Origin: Clostridia bacterium
GTDB taxonomy: Bacteria > Bacillota > Clostridia > UBA1381
Direction: 5' to 3'
Length of the DNA stretch: 62,019 bases
Assembly (NCBI GenBank): GCA_034101885.1
Contig: JAXEIW010000042.1
Location: 1-62,019, forward strand
In this document: positions 54,591 to 62,019 of the stretch, in pieces
How positions within the stretch are numbered: the first letter of the stretch is position 1
How the letters are laid out: every line of letters begins with the position of its first letter
Position numbers and translations under genes: made by a program
The notes under the pieces: generated by a model
The model's database searches: none
What the model saw: only the letters and a program-made list of their open reading frames with translations
What the model was told of the DNA's origin: nothing

Positions 54591-57500
54591 TTAGTCAATT
54601 TTTAATGAATCATATATCTGAGAAAGATAACTTACAATGGTTTTTGAAACCTCACTCGAAATGTTTTGTTCATCATCAGATATAACTATTAACCCGTTCG
54701 AATCATAAGTAATCGTTTTATTGAATATTTTCTCTGCATCTTTTAAGGATAAATATAAACGGTCATTTTCTATAAATACAGGGAAAACAAGTTTTGTATT
54801 TTCATTCTTATATAACATATAGTCATTTTGAGGAGCTAATAAACAGCTTTGGACACCATCCGTTATTAACGCTGTTTTCTCGTTTTCGTCCCAGCTAACC
54901 TGCAAATTCAAACATTCGCAGATAAATCTCACCGGCAAATAGACTGCACCGTCATATTCCAGCGGAGTGACAAATATACAATCTCTGTCAATTTCCTTTA
55001 CATTTCCGTCAACTATAGCTCTTTGTGTGTCTACCGCCATAATAATATTACCTGCAAGATTTTGTTTCATCGGATCTATATACATATATCTGCTGAAAAG
55101 TCTGTCTCCGTTTTCTGACCGAACAACGGCATATAAATATTTTCCTATATCCTCATTGCGTATTTGATATGTATTTCCGTCTGCTCCGTCAATTTTCTCT
55201 GCAAACTCCCATACCTCTTCGGGCGGTGCTACCGCTCCGTTTAAATCTTCCGCATAAACCGGTTTTTTACTGCTTTTATACCATTCTGTTGTCAAAGAAC
55301 CATCATCGTTTATTGCCGAGAAAGAAGCACTTATCGTCTCTCCTGTCAATGCATATCCGCTTATTGCCGCATTGAACGGAATTGGATTTTTACCCAAATC
55401 TTCAAAAACAGGCTCGATATTTACATCGCAGTAATTTTCAATCGCAAAAAATCCTTCGTCCTCTATACGCTGTTCATCGTTATCCAGATACGAAAATACC
55501 CTTCTTCCGTTTGCAGACATAGTTATAAGTACGCCTTTGTCCACATTGATTGCCGCCAATTGAAGCGCCGTCATTTCGTTCGGTTTTATATAGATATTTT
55601 TAACAAGCGTCAGAACTTTTGAGCCGCCTGTTCTTCCCCATCGCTGAAGTTCAATTCCCGTATCCTTTATAACAATAAGGTATCCCGAATTTCCAAACCA
55701 CGAAATTTTATCCGGAGTTGCCGCTCTTAAAATAAATCCAAGCCAGTTATTTGAATCCGAAAAATCTGCCGACACATTAAATTGAATTATTTCATTAAGG
55801 TATTTCCTATCATATGCCATGGTTATAGACGGCTCTGATTTAACAAAATGCGCCTCTCTTTTATACCCACCGGTTTCGGTTTTCTCCACATCTTGGGCAG
55901 ACCAATTGTCCATATCGGCTAACGCATTGTTTAATGTAATATATTCTGCACTGCCGCTATACTGCTTTATACCCATATTCATGGATGTATCCGTTGAAAA
56001 AGTACTGTTATCCGCTGTTTTACGCACAAAGCTTTCCTTGTAACCGCCTCTCTGATTTTTAAGACCGATTTTAGCAGTATCGATTTCTTTAAATTCGGGA
56101 ATGTCTTTTTTGATTAATGAATCTTGTATAATTGTAAAATTACCGGAAGCCGCATCAACAAATCCCGGATCTTTATTATATACGGCATTATTCTCTACCT
56201 TTGAAGCGCTCCTTTCAACACCCTCTTTGTTAAGTCCCAAACCATTATTCAGTTTATCCTCAATGCTGTTGTAAACCACCGCATTGTTACAAACATCAAT
56301 TTTGTAATATTCTGCGGAATTGTTCATGTTTTTCATTTCGGCAATCTGAGGATATTTGTTTTTCCAATACTCGTTTTCTACCGGCAGCTGAGACAAATCG
56401 GCAGCAAAGGAATACTTCATAAATGTATCGGCATCCACACCGTATCCCCAAGAAAATTCATTTGTATTATATCCTGCTCCCACCGGGCTTATAACATCAT
56501 AAAAAATATTATTATTTACTCTGTTTTGTATCCAGCCCATCGCAATTCCTGCCGGAACATTTTGTATAATATTACCCTCGATATTACACCATGCAAGATT
56601 ATCGTCACAGTAAATAGCCATCTTACCCTTATAACCGTCAGCTGACACCTTTCCCGGTCCCGATGAGTTTGAAATATCATGAATATAATTATTTCTTATA
56701 CTGTTCCCGGTACAGGTAACATCTCGTCCTGAGTATATTGCCCCGCAATCCTGCGACTCAATACAAACATTATATATATCATTATTTTCTATAGTTATTT
56801 CATTTCCTCTGTAAAGTACAGCCGAGTGAGGAGCACAGCTCATTTCGCAGTTGCTTACACGCAGCCCCACGCCCGATAAGCTCACCGCCGGCTGATAGGT
56901 CTTTTTAATCATTCCCCAATTATAAAAAAGACAGTCCTCAATATAGTGGTCAGCTCTTTCAAGACTTTCTCTGTCACCTGCCGTTACTTTTACTCCCGTA
57001 TATCCTATATTTATAAAATCGCATCCGATAACTCCGAAATTCTTATCAGTCTTTTCATACCTTCCCGCTCTGTATACCGTTCCCTGTCCTATATCAATAC
57101 CATCCTTACCGATGTTTTTAAAAGAGCAGTTTTTGACAATATTATTTTCCCCTTTTTTCATGCTCATAACCGATTTCTCCGTAACACCAAAGGTGAGTCC
57201 TTCGAAAACCACATTAGATACATTTTCAAGAGTTATCATGTATTCCTTTGTAAGTGTCGGATAATATATCACCGTATTATCGCCCTCTGTGGGATAAAAA
57301 TACAGTATTGAATTTTCCGAATCAATATAATATTCTCCGGCAGTATCTATTTCATCAAGAATGTTGTAAAAATAATATGCGCTGTCCGATTTAACCCCAT
57401 AAACAGTTGTTCCGTTCAGAGTTATAAGCTTATTCTCGGTATCTATATCCGCAACAATGTTATTATCCTCCGCCCACTCAACATACCAGTAACCAAACGC

Positions 57501-58244
57501 CATAATATCTTTATTTTTTGACCATCTGTCTATTCTCTCATCACTGTAAGAAAATACCGCACCTTCCGGATTTACTTTTTCTTCATTTTTACTGTCGGTC
57601 GGCTTATCATAAACCGAATCACCCGCTTTTTTTACAATCCCGGTTTTCAAATAAACGTTTTCATTATTCTCTGTCTTATTCGGATAACGTCCCAATTCTC
57701 CGGCTGTATCACCGAAATATATCATTTTAGGCGGTGTTCCTCCGCAATATCCGAAATTGGATATTGCGGTAATGTCATCAATCCCATTTTCTTTTAAATT
57801 CACAGCACGAACATACTTTTTTGCCTTTACTGTCGGAAGTCTGTCTGTTATCTCCTTGTCCGGGAGAATAAAAGAAGATGAATCTATCGCTACACCTCCC
57901 GAAAATATGGGAGTTTCGTTCATATAAGCCTTGTAAACAATAGGGCTTTCATCGGTCCCCGAATCCTGTTCGGTAAATTCTACTGTGTCTGTTATATCAT
58001 ATATACCGTCCCTGAAATATACGGTAACTTCCCTGCCCGATAATTTATTATCCGACTTCATCTGCCGTATTTTATCTCTTGCTCCTTCCAATGTTGCAAG
58101 CGGCAAATCAATTGTTCCTTCATTTTTGTCATCTCCGAATGGAGAAACAAAAAGAGAAATCTCATTTTCAGCATATACGGGTATAGCATACAGCATAGTA
58201 AACGCCATAAAATTCGAAAGTAAGAATGCGATAAATCTTTTCAT
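54591..58244 (-). CDS. Secreted right-handed parallel beta-helix protein (1217 aa) with C-terminal copper-amine-oxidase-N-terminal-like domain
   Basis: Signal peptide MKRFIAFLLSNFMAFTMLYAIPVYA. The cap is VSPFGDDKNEGTIDLPLATLEGARDKI...VYFRDGIY...PIVYKAY. PbH1-like repeats include VKNCSFKNIGKDGI...ESQDCGAIYSGRD. The C-terminus is VDGNVKEIDRDCIFVTPLEYDGAVYLPVRFICECLNLQVSWDE. ATG 58244 lies behind AAGGAGA. Confidence 0.7.
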   Translation of the reverse strand: MKRFIAFLLSNFMAFTMLYAIPVYAENEISLFVSPFGDDKNEGTIDLPLATLEGARDKIRQMKSDNKLSGREVTVYFRDGIYDITDTVEFTEQDSGTDESPIVYKAYMNETPIFSGGVAIDSSSFILPDKEITDRLPTVKAKKYVRAVNLKENGIDDITAISNFGYCGGTPPKMIYFGDTAGELGRYPNKTENNENVYLKTGIVKKAGDSVYDKPTDSKNEEKVNPEGAVFSYSDERIDRWSKNKDIMAFGYWYVEWAEDNNIVADIDTENKLITLNGTTVYGVKSDSAYYFYNILDEIDTAGEYYIDSENSILYFYPTEGDNTVIYYPTLTKEYMITLENVSNVVFEGLTFGVTEKSVMSMKKGENNIVKNCSFKNIGKDGIDIGQGTVYRAGRYEKTDKNFGVIGCDFINIGYTGVKVTAGDRESLERADHYIEDCLFYNWGMIKKTYQPAVSLSGVGLRVSNCEMSCAPHSAVLYRGNEITIENNDIYNVCIESQDCGAIYSGRDVTCTGNSIRNNYIHDISNSSGPGKVSADGYKGKMAIYCDDNLAWCNIEGNIIQNVPAGIAMGWIQNRVNNNIFYDVISPVGAGYNTNEFSWGYGVDADTFMKYSFAADLSQLPVENEYWKNKYPQIAEMKNMNNSAEYYKIDVCNNAVVYNSIEDKLNNGLGLNKEGVERSASKVENNAVYNKDPGFVDAASGNFTIIQDSLIKKDIPEFKEIDTAKIGLKNQRGGYKESFVRKTADNSTFSTDTSMNMGIKQYSGSAEYITLNNALADMDNWSAQDVEKTETGGYKREAHFVKSEPSITMAYDRKYLNEIIQFNVSADFSDSNNWLGFILRAATPDKISWFGNSGYLIVIKDTGIELQRWGRTGGSKVLTLVKNIYIKPNEMTALQLAAINVDKGVLITMSANGRRVFSYLDNDEQRIEDEGFFAIENYCDVNIEPVFEDLGKNPIPFNAAISGYALTGETISASFSAINDDGSLTTEWYKSSKKPVYAEDLNGAVAPPEEVWEFAEKIDGADGNTYQIRNEDIGKYLYAVVRSENGDRLFSRYMYIDPMKQNLAGNIIMAVDTQRAIVDGNVKEIDRDCIFVTPLEYDGAVYLPVRFICECLNLQVSWDENEKTALITDGVQSCLLAPQNDYMLYKNENTKLVFPVFIENDRLYLSLKDAEKIFNKTITYDSNGLIVISDDEQNISSEVSKTIVSYLSQIYDSLKID

Positions 58245-58328
58245 ATTTGTCTCCTTTTTTAACATTATATTTTCAATTATTTGCATAACATCCGACCTAT
58301 CCTTAAAAAGATATGTTTATATAATAGT

Positions 58329-58371
58329 CTGCTGAAATAAATATTTTGAGAGTAAAATATTTATTCAGCAG
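58329..58371. repeat. Isolated copy of repeat hairpin A, immediately downstream of the SBP gene
   Basis: CTGCTGAAATAAATATTTTG-AGAG-TAAAATATTTATTCAGCAG forms a ~18-bp stem with a 1-nt bulge. The core matches hairpin A in 188-333 and 561-704. There is no U tract. Confidence 0.75.
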
Positions 58372-58418
58372 CCATTATATAAAATAACCACAAAATCTAT
58401 TCCATTATAACAAGTATC

Positions 58419-59909
58419 TTATTGTTCATCCTTTGACGCCAAAAATTCGTCCACCTGTCTTTGCAGCTCGTCTATAACCTTTTGATTTCCCGCTATACTT
58501 AATTTGCTCATCCATTCATCATAGTCATCATAGCGATTGCTTCCCTTATATTCACCCTGTATAGCAGATACCTGAGTAAGAATATCCGAAACACTCTCAA
58601 GATCGGGATGGAAACCAATCAGCATAGACTTGTAATCGGACGAATTTATTTCATCAAACACCCATTCTTTATATCCCTCAGGCTGATATTGGTTCTGATA
58701 GTCAAGCTCAGCATTGCCCACAACCCATTTCCATAAGCCATATTTATCATTTGCAGTTGCATATTCGGAAGAAAGGTTAGTTTCAATCCTGTCATCTCCT
58801 ACCTTTTTATAATGTTCGCCCTCAAATCCATGTACCAACAGATTATACAACTCTTTATCGGTTTGAATTAAATTTATAACCTGCATTGCAAGCTCCTTGT
58901 GCTTGCTTGACGAAAGAATACCGGTTCCGCCTGCTGACGGAGACATAGGAATATAGTATTTATCACTAACGGGAATGCTCTTTACCTCAAAGCCCAAAGC
59001 CTTGCTCTGCTGCTCGTCATACCACGGCTCATAGTTGCCGCTCCACATTACCCATCCGTCCTCTTTATACACGTTCCATTCATCGGTCGTTGACAAATCT
59101 TCTCTGTAATATCCCTTCTCTTTCCAATCTTTTGCATATTTTATATATTTTCTGTAAGCATCGGTGTCGAAAATATATTCAACCTTAGCATTGTCATAGC
59201 TTATAACATAGTTATTTACAATTGTTTCATATCCCTTATCATATAAAAGATACGGTTTTGGACCATCATTTATTTTTCCTGCCTGTTTCAGGTTTTCAAG
59301 ATAATCCTCTACTATATTGTAAAGCTTATCTGTTGCATGGACATTGCCGTAAAGTTCTGCCTTAAATGCTTCTTCATCCATATAATTTTCAACAAGTGCT
59401 TTGGGAAAAATATATGCCGTAGGCACACAAAGCATCTGGTATGTAGGTATTCCGTACAACGTTCCGTCATATCGCATATAATCCATAAACTCAGAATCAA
59501 GACTTTCACTCAATTCCTTACCATATTTCTCCATAAGTTCATCAAGAGGAGCAAAGGTTCCATTTATAACCTCCTCCGAAAAGTTTAGTCCGTATGTATT
59601 GGCTATATCGATATTTTCTCTTCCGGCTACCATAAGCATAAACTTATTGTTATATTCCGCTATAGGTATAATTTCAAAATCGACTGCCACCCCGGGAATT
59701 TTTTTCTGAAGCTCTTCATTAAATTTTGCCCATACCTTATCTGAATCCTGCTGCTTTCCGGGGCCCGGCATAATATACTTTAATCTAACAGTTTCGCTTT
59801 CCTCTCCCTTCTTTTTTGTTCCACAGCCACTCACAGCTGTAAGCGCCATAACGGCTGCAAGCATTAATGTCAGTTGTCTTTTTGTTCTCATTTTGATAAT
59901 TGCCGGCAT
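58419..59909 (-). CDS. ABC transporter extracellular solute-binding lipoprotein (family 1, LplA-like, large type)
   Basis: Lipobox LTAVSGC after a basic N-terminus, ~490 aa, following two sugar permeases. The start is either ATG 59909 or ATG 59891. Confidence 0.8.
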   Translation of the reverse strand: MPAIIKMRTKRQLTLMLAAVMALTAVSGCGTKKKGEESETVRLKYIMPGPGKQQDSDKVWAKFNEELQKKIPGVAVDFEIIPIAEYNNKFMLMVAGRENIDIANTYGLNFSEEVINGTFAPLDELMEKYGKELSESLDSEFMDYMRYDGTLYGIPTYQMLCVPTAYIFPKALVENYMDEEAFKAELYGNVHATDKLYNIVEDYLENLKQAGKINDGPKPYLLYDKGYETIVNNYVISYDNAKVEYIFDTDAYRKYIKYAKDWKEKGYYREDLSTTDEWNVYKEDGWVMWSGNYEPWYDEQQSKALGFEVKSIPVSDKYYIPMSPSAGGTGILSSSKHKELAMQVINLIQTDKELYNLLVHGFEGEHYKKVGDDRIETNLSSEYATANDKYGLWKWVVGNAELDYQNQYQPEGYKEWVFDEINSSDYKSMLIGFHPDLESVSDILTQVSAIQGEYKGSNRYDDYDEWMSKLSIAGNQKVIDELQRQVDEFLASKDEQ

Positions 59910-59998
59910 ATTAATATTTTTTTGCCGGCTGCTCCTTTCTTTATATATTTAATTATTCAGCTGTAAAAGTAATATTCTTTAAACAGCTTTATATTAAT

Positions 59999-60070
59999 GA
60001 CTGACGAACAATTCCAAAACTCAGCCGTATAACGGCTTACCGGTGTTTCAGAATTGTTTGTGTAGCAGAC
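59999..60070 (-). repeat. Copy of repeat hairpin C (reverse orientation) between permease and SBP genes
   Basis: The reverse complement aligns with 644-704: CAAACAATTCTGAAAC..GTAAGCCG.TAT.CGGCTG.GTTT..AATTGTTCG.CAGTC. The inner stem AGCCGT-TAT-ACGGCT carries a compensatory C-G to U-A change relative to copy 1. Confidence 0.75.
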
Positions 60071-60084
60071 AATATATTAAGTCC

Positions 60085-60987
60085 TTAACCCTTAACCGCC
60101 CCTATAGTAATACCCTTTGAAAGGTATTTCTGAAATACAGGGAAAATTATCATCATCGGTCCTGCTGCAATAACTGCCATGGCATACCGCATTGTTTCTG
60201 TAGGAATTGACGATGAGCTTAACAAACTGCTTCCTGTTCCTTCCTGCATTTTGGTTATGTAATCAGCCTCATTCAGAATTTTTTGCAGCAAATACTGCAA
60301 TGAAAACAGTTCGGTATCTCTTATATAAAGCAAAGCCGTATTCCAATCCTGCCATCTTGACATCAATGTCATAAATCCGAGAGTCGAAATAATCGGAACA
60401 GTAAGCGGAACAACTACATACCCGAAAGTTGCCCATTCGTCAGCTCCATCCAGCTGTGCTGCCTCTATAATTCCATCCGGCAAATCACGATAAAATGAAA
60501 CAAACATAAACACAAACATCGAATTAACCAAAAACGGGAAAATATAGATCCAGAATGTATTGCCCAAATGATAATACTGAGTCTTTACGATATAATTCGC
60601 AACCATACCTCCCGAAAAAAACATGGGTATCAAAAGAAACACTCTTAATACTGTTTTAAATTTATAGTTGTTTCTCGAAATCGGATATGCAATAAGTCCC
60701 TGTACAATCAGCGAAAGAACCGTTGACAGTAAAGAATATGCTACAGTTACCTTATATGCGTCTAAAATCTGCTTAGGATTTGTGAAAATCATTTTATATG
60801 CATCAGTGCTGAATCCTCTCGGAAGAATTGAATATCCCAGCTCACGTACCGCACTTTCGTCCGAAAGAGATATTGAAATCATCATGACCAACGGAATAAT
60901 AAATGTTAAGCTTAATGCGATCATAAAAATATGTAAAACAGGTCTCCCCAGTATTGCGCATATTGATTTCCTTTGTTTCTTCTTCAT
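60085..60987 (-). CDS. Carbohydrate ABC transporter permease (LplC/YtcP-like)
   Basis: Six predicted TM segments and the EAA loop IEAAQLDGADEWATFGYVVVP. ATG 60987 lies behind AGGGGGTG. Confidence 0.85.
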   Translation of the reverse strand: MKKKQRKSICAILGRPVLHIFMIALSLTFIIPLVMMISISLSDESAVRELGYSILPRGFSTDAYKMIFTNPKQILDAYKVTVAYSLLSTVLSLIVQGLIAYPISRNNYKFKTVLRVFLLIPMFFSGGMVANYIVKTQYYHLGNTFWIYIFPFLVNSMFVFMFVSFYRDLPDGIIEAAQLDGADEWATFGYVVVPLTVPIISTLGFMTLMSRWQDWNTALLYIRDTELFSLQYLLQKILNEADYITKMQEGTGSSLLSSSSIPTETMRYAMAVIAAGPMMIIFPVFQKYLSKGITIGAVKG

Positions 60988-60999
60988 TTTATACACCCC

Positions 61000-61944
61000 C
61001 TAAAATAAGCTCTTTGATGGTTCTATCTTTTTAATTATAAGATTTGTAATTACCAGCAAAATCATTCCCGATACACTTGAAAACAAGCTTACAGCCGATG
61101 TTCTTCCCATGCTTGAACCTGTTTGCAGCGCTCTGAAGGTATATGTATTTATTATATCGGTTGTAGGATACAAAGCTCCGACATTTCTTGTAACCTGATA
61201 ATGCAGTCCGAAATCACCGTTCATAAGACCTCCAACACCCAGAATAAGAAACATACATATCAATCCCGATATATGGGGAAGCATTATATATCTTATCTCC
61301 TGATGCTTTCTTATACCGTCGAGTCTCGCCGCTTCAAATAATTCCTCATCTATACTCAAAAGTGCCGAATAATAATACAGACTGCCCATTCCTACTCCCA
61401 TCCAGACCTTAACAACAGTCAGTATTGCAGGCCAATATCCGGCATTGTTATACCAGTCTATCTTTTGACCTCCGAACTTTTCAATAACATTATTTACCAC
61501 GCCCGTTGACGGATTTAAAAATATGTAAACTATATAAGAAACAAGCACTATAGACATAAAAGACGGTAAAATTGATGTTGTCTGATAATACTTCAATGCT
61601 ATCTTTCTTCTCACATTGTAAAGTAAAACCGCAAACAAAAAATTTGCAACTGTTGTTATAAACAAAAACCACATTGAGTATAAAACCGTATTTCTCATTA
61701 TTCTTAAAAAGTCGTTTGACCGGAATAGGAATTTAAAATTATCGATTCCTACCCACTTGCTTCCGAGTATGCCCAGATTAGGGTTAAATTTCTTAAATGC
61801 TATTATAACTCCGAACATTGGAATATAGCTGAACATAATTACAAGAATAATCGCCGGAATTGCCATAATGCTAAGCTGCAAATTATCCTTAAAAATATTT
61901 TTCTTCATATTTGAGCCCTGTTTTTTTCTTAATTTTAGTATCAT
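61000..61944 (-). CDS. Carbohydrate ABC transporter permease (LplB/YteP-like)
   Basis: EAA loop FEAARLDGIRKHQEIRYIMLP and multiple TM segments. ATG 61944 lies behind AAGAGGAG, and the upstream ATG at 61962 lacks an SD. Confidence 0.85.
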   Translation of the reverse strand: MILKLRKKQGSNMKKNIFKDNLQLSIMAIPAIILVIMFSYIPMFGVIIAFKKFNPNLGILGSKWVGIDNFKFLFRSNDFLRIMRNTVLYSMWFLFITTVANFLFAVLLYNVRRKIALKYYQTTSILPSFMSIVLVSYIVYIFLNPSTGVVNNVIEKFGGQKIDWYNNAGYWPAILTVVKVWMGVGMGSLYYYSALLSIDEELFEAARLDGIRKHQEIRYIMLPHISGLICMFLILGVGGLMNGDFGLHYQVTRNVGALYPTTDIINTYTFRALQTGSSMGRTSAVSLFSSVSGMILLVITNLIIKKIEPSKSLF

Positions 61945-62019
61945 ATCGTTCTCCTCTTTCATATTTTGCTGATTTGATCGTCAAAATAATGCAATACTGA
62001 AAATTTTAATCCATTACAG

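Noticed and set aside
33884-58286. Cellulosome (cohesin/dockerin) or sortase (LPXTG) anchoring of the giant proteins
   Set aside because: I looked for duplicated D.N.DG....D calcium-binding dockerin segments and for C-terminal LPXTG plus a hydrophobic tail. None was seen by eye. An HMM scan is still needed.
1-62019. Defence islands, toxin-antitoxin pairs, prophage structural genes, rRNA/tRNA genes
   Set aside because: Every ORF over 60 aa could be assigned to housekeeping, carbohydrate or surface-protein categories, or to antisense shadows. No tRNA-like T-arm (GGTTCGAATCC-type) or rRNA segments were noticed.

Overview
This is a 62-kb low-GC chromosomal segment that looks Firmicutes/Clostridia-like: it carries spoIIM, SLH cell-wall anchors, GGAGG-type ribosome-binding sites and the gdpP-rplI-dnaB block. 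All genes except tmcAL, spoIIM and xerD are on the minus strand. From left to right: (i) Positions 1-1350 are a decayed non-coding patch. It holds two tandem copies of a ~145-nt multi-hairpin repeat and a truncated, stop-interrupted tyrosine-integrase remnant. (ii) Housekeeping genes follow: an aminotransferase, glnS, gltX, nifU, nifS and tmcAL. (iii) Next is a LacI-controlled cytoplasmic mannoside / sugar-acid operon (GH5-like, GH38-like, uxuA, SGNH, SDR, RraA-like). It has two palindromic operators and a perfect consensus promoter. (iv) Then come spoIIM-xerD, a DUF4250 mini-protein, yfcE and gdpP-rplI-dnaB. (v) From 27.4 kb to the right edge lies one very large carbohydrate locus. An LplABC-type sugar importer is followed by eight secreted proteins of 222-1685 aa: three parallel beta-helix enzymes, three SLH-bearing proteins, and recurrent jelly-roll and Ig-like modules. 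After these come a secreted SGNH esterase, a strong terminator, and a cytoplasmic SASA-type esterase plus LacZ-type GH2. I saw no rRNA, tRNA, CRISPR array, intact transposase or recognisable defence system. The best candidate for something undescribed is the 24-kb surface-protein operon (33.9-58.3 kb), whose beta-helix enzymes and shared modules I cannot place in characterised families. Secondary items are a possible non-phosphorylative mannose/mannonate route, a family of modular palindromic repeats with compensatory base changes, a recurrent GC hairpin plus SD leader motif, and a 105-nt intercistronic hairpin. All family calls rest on motif recognition by eye; no database search or folding program was available. 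Coordinates of non-coding elements may be off by 1-2 nt.
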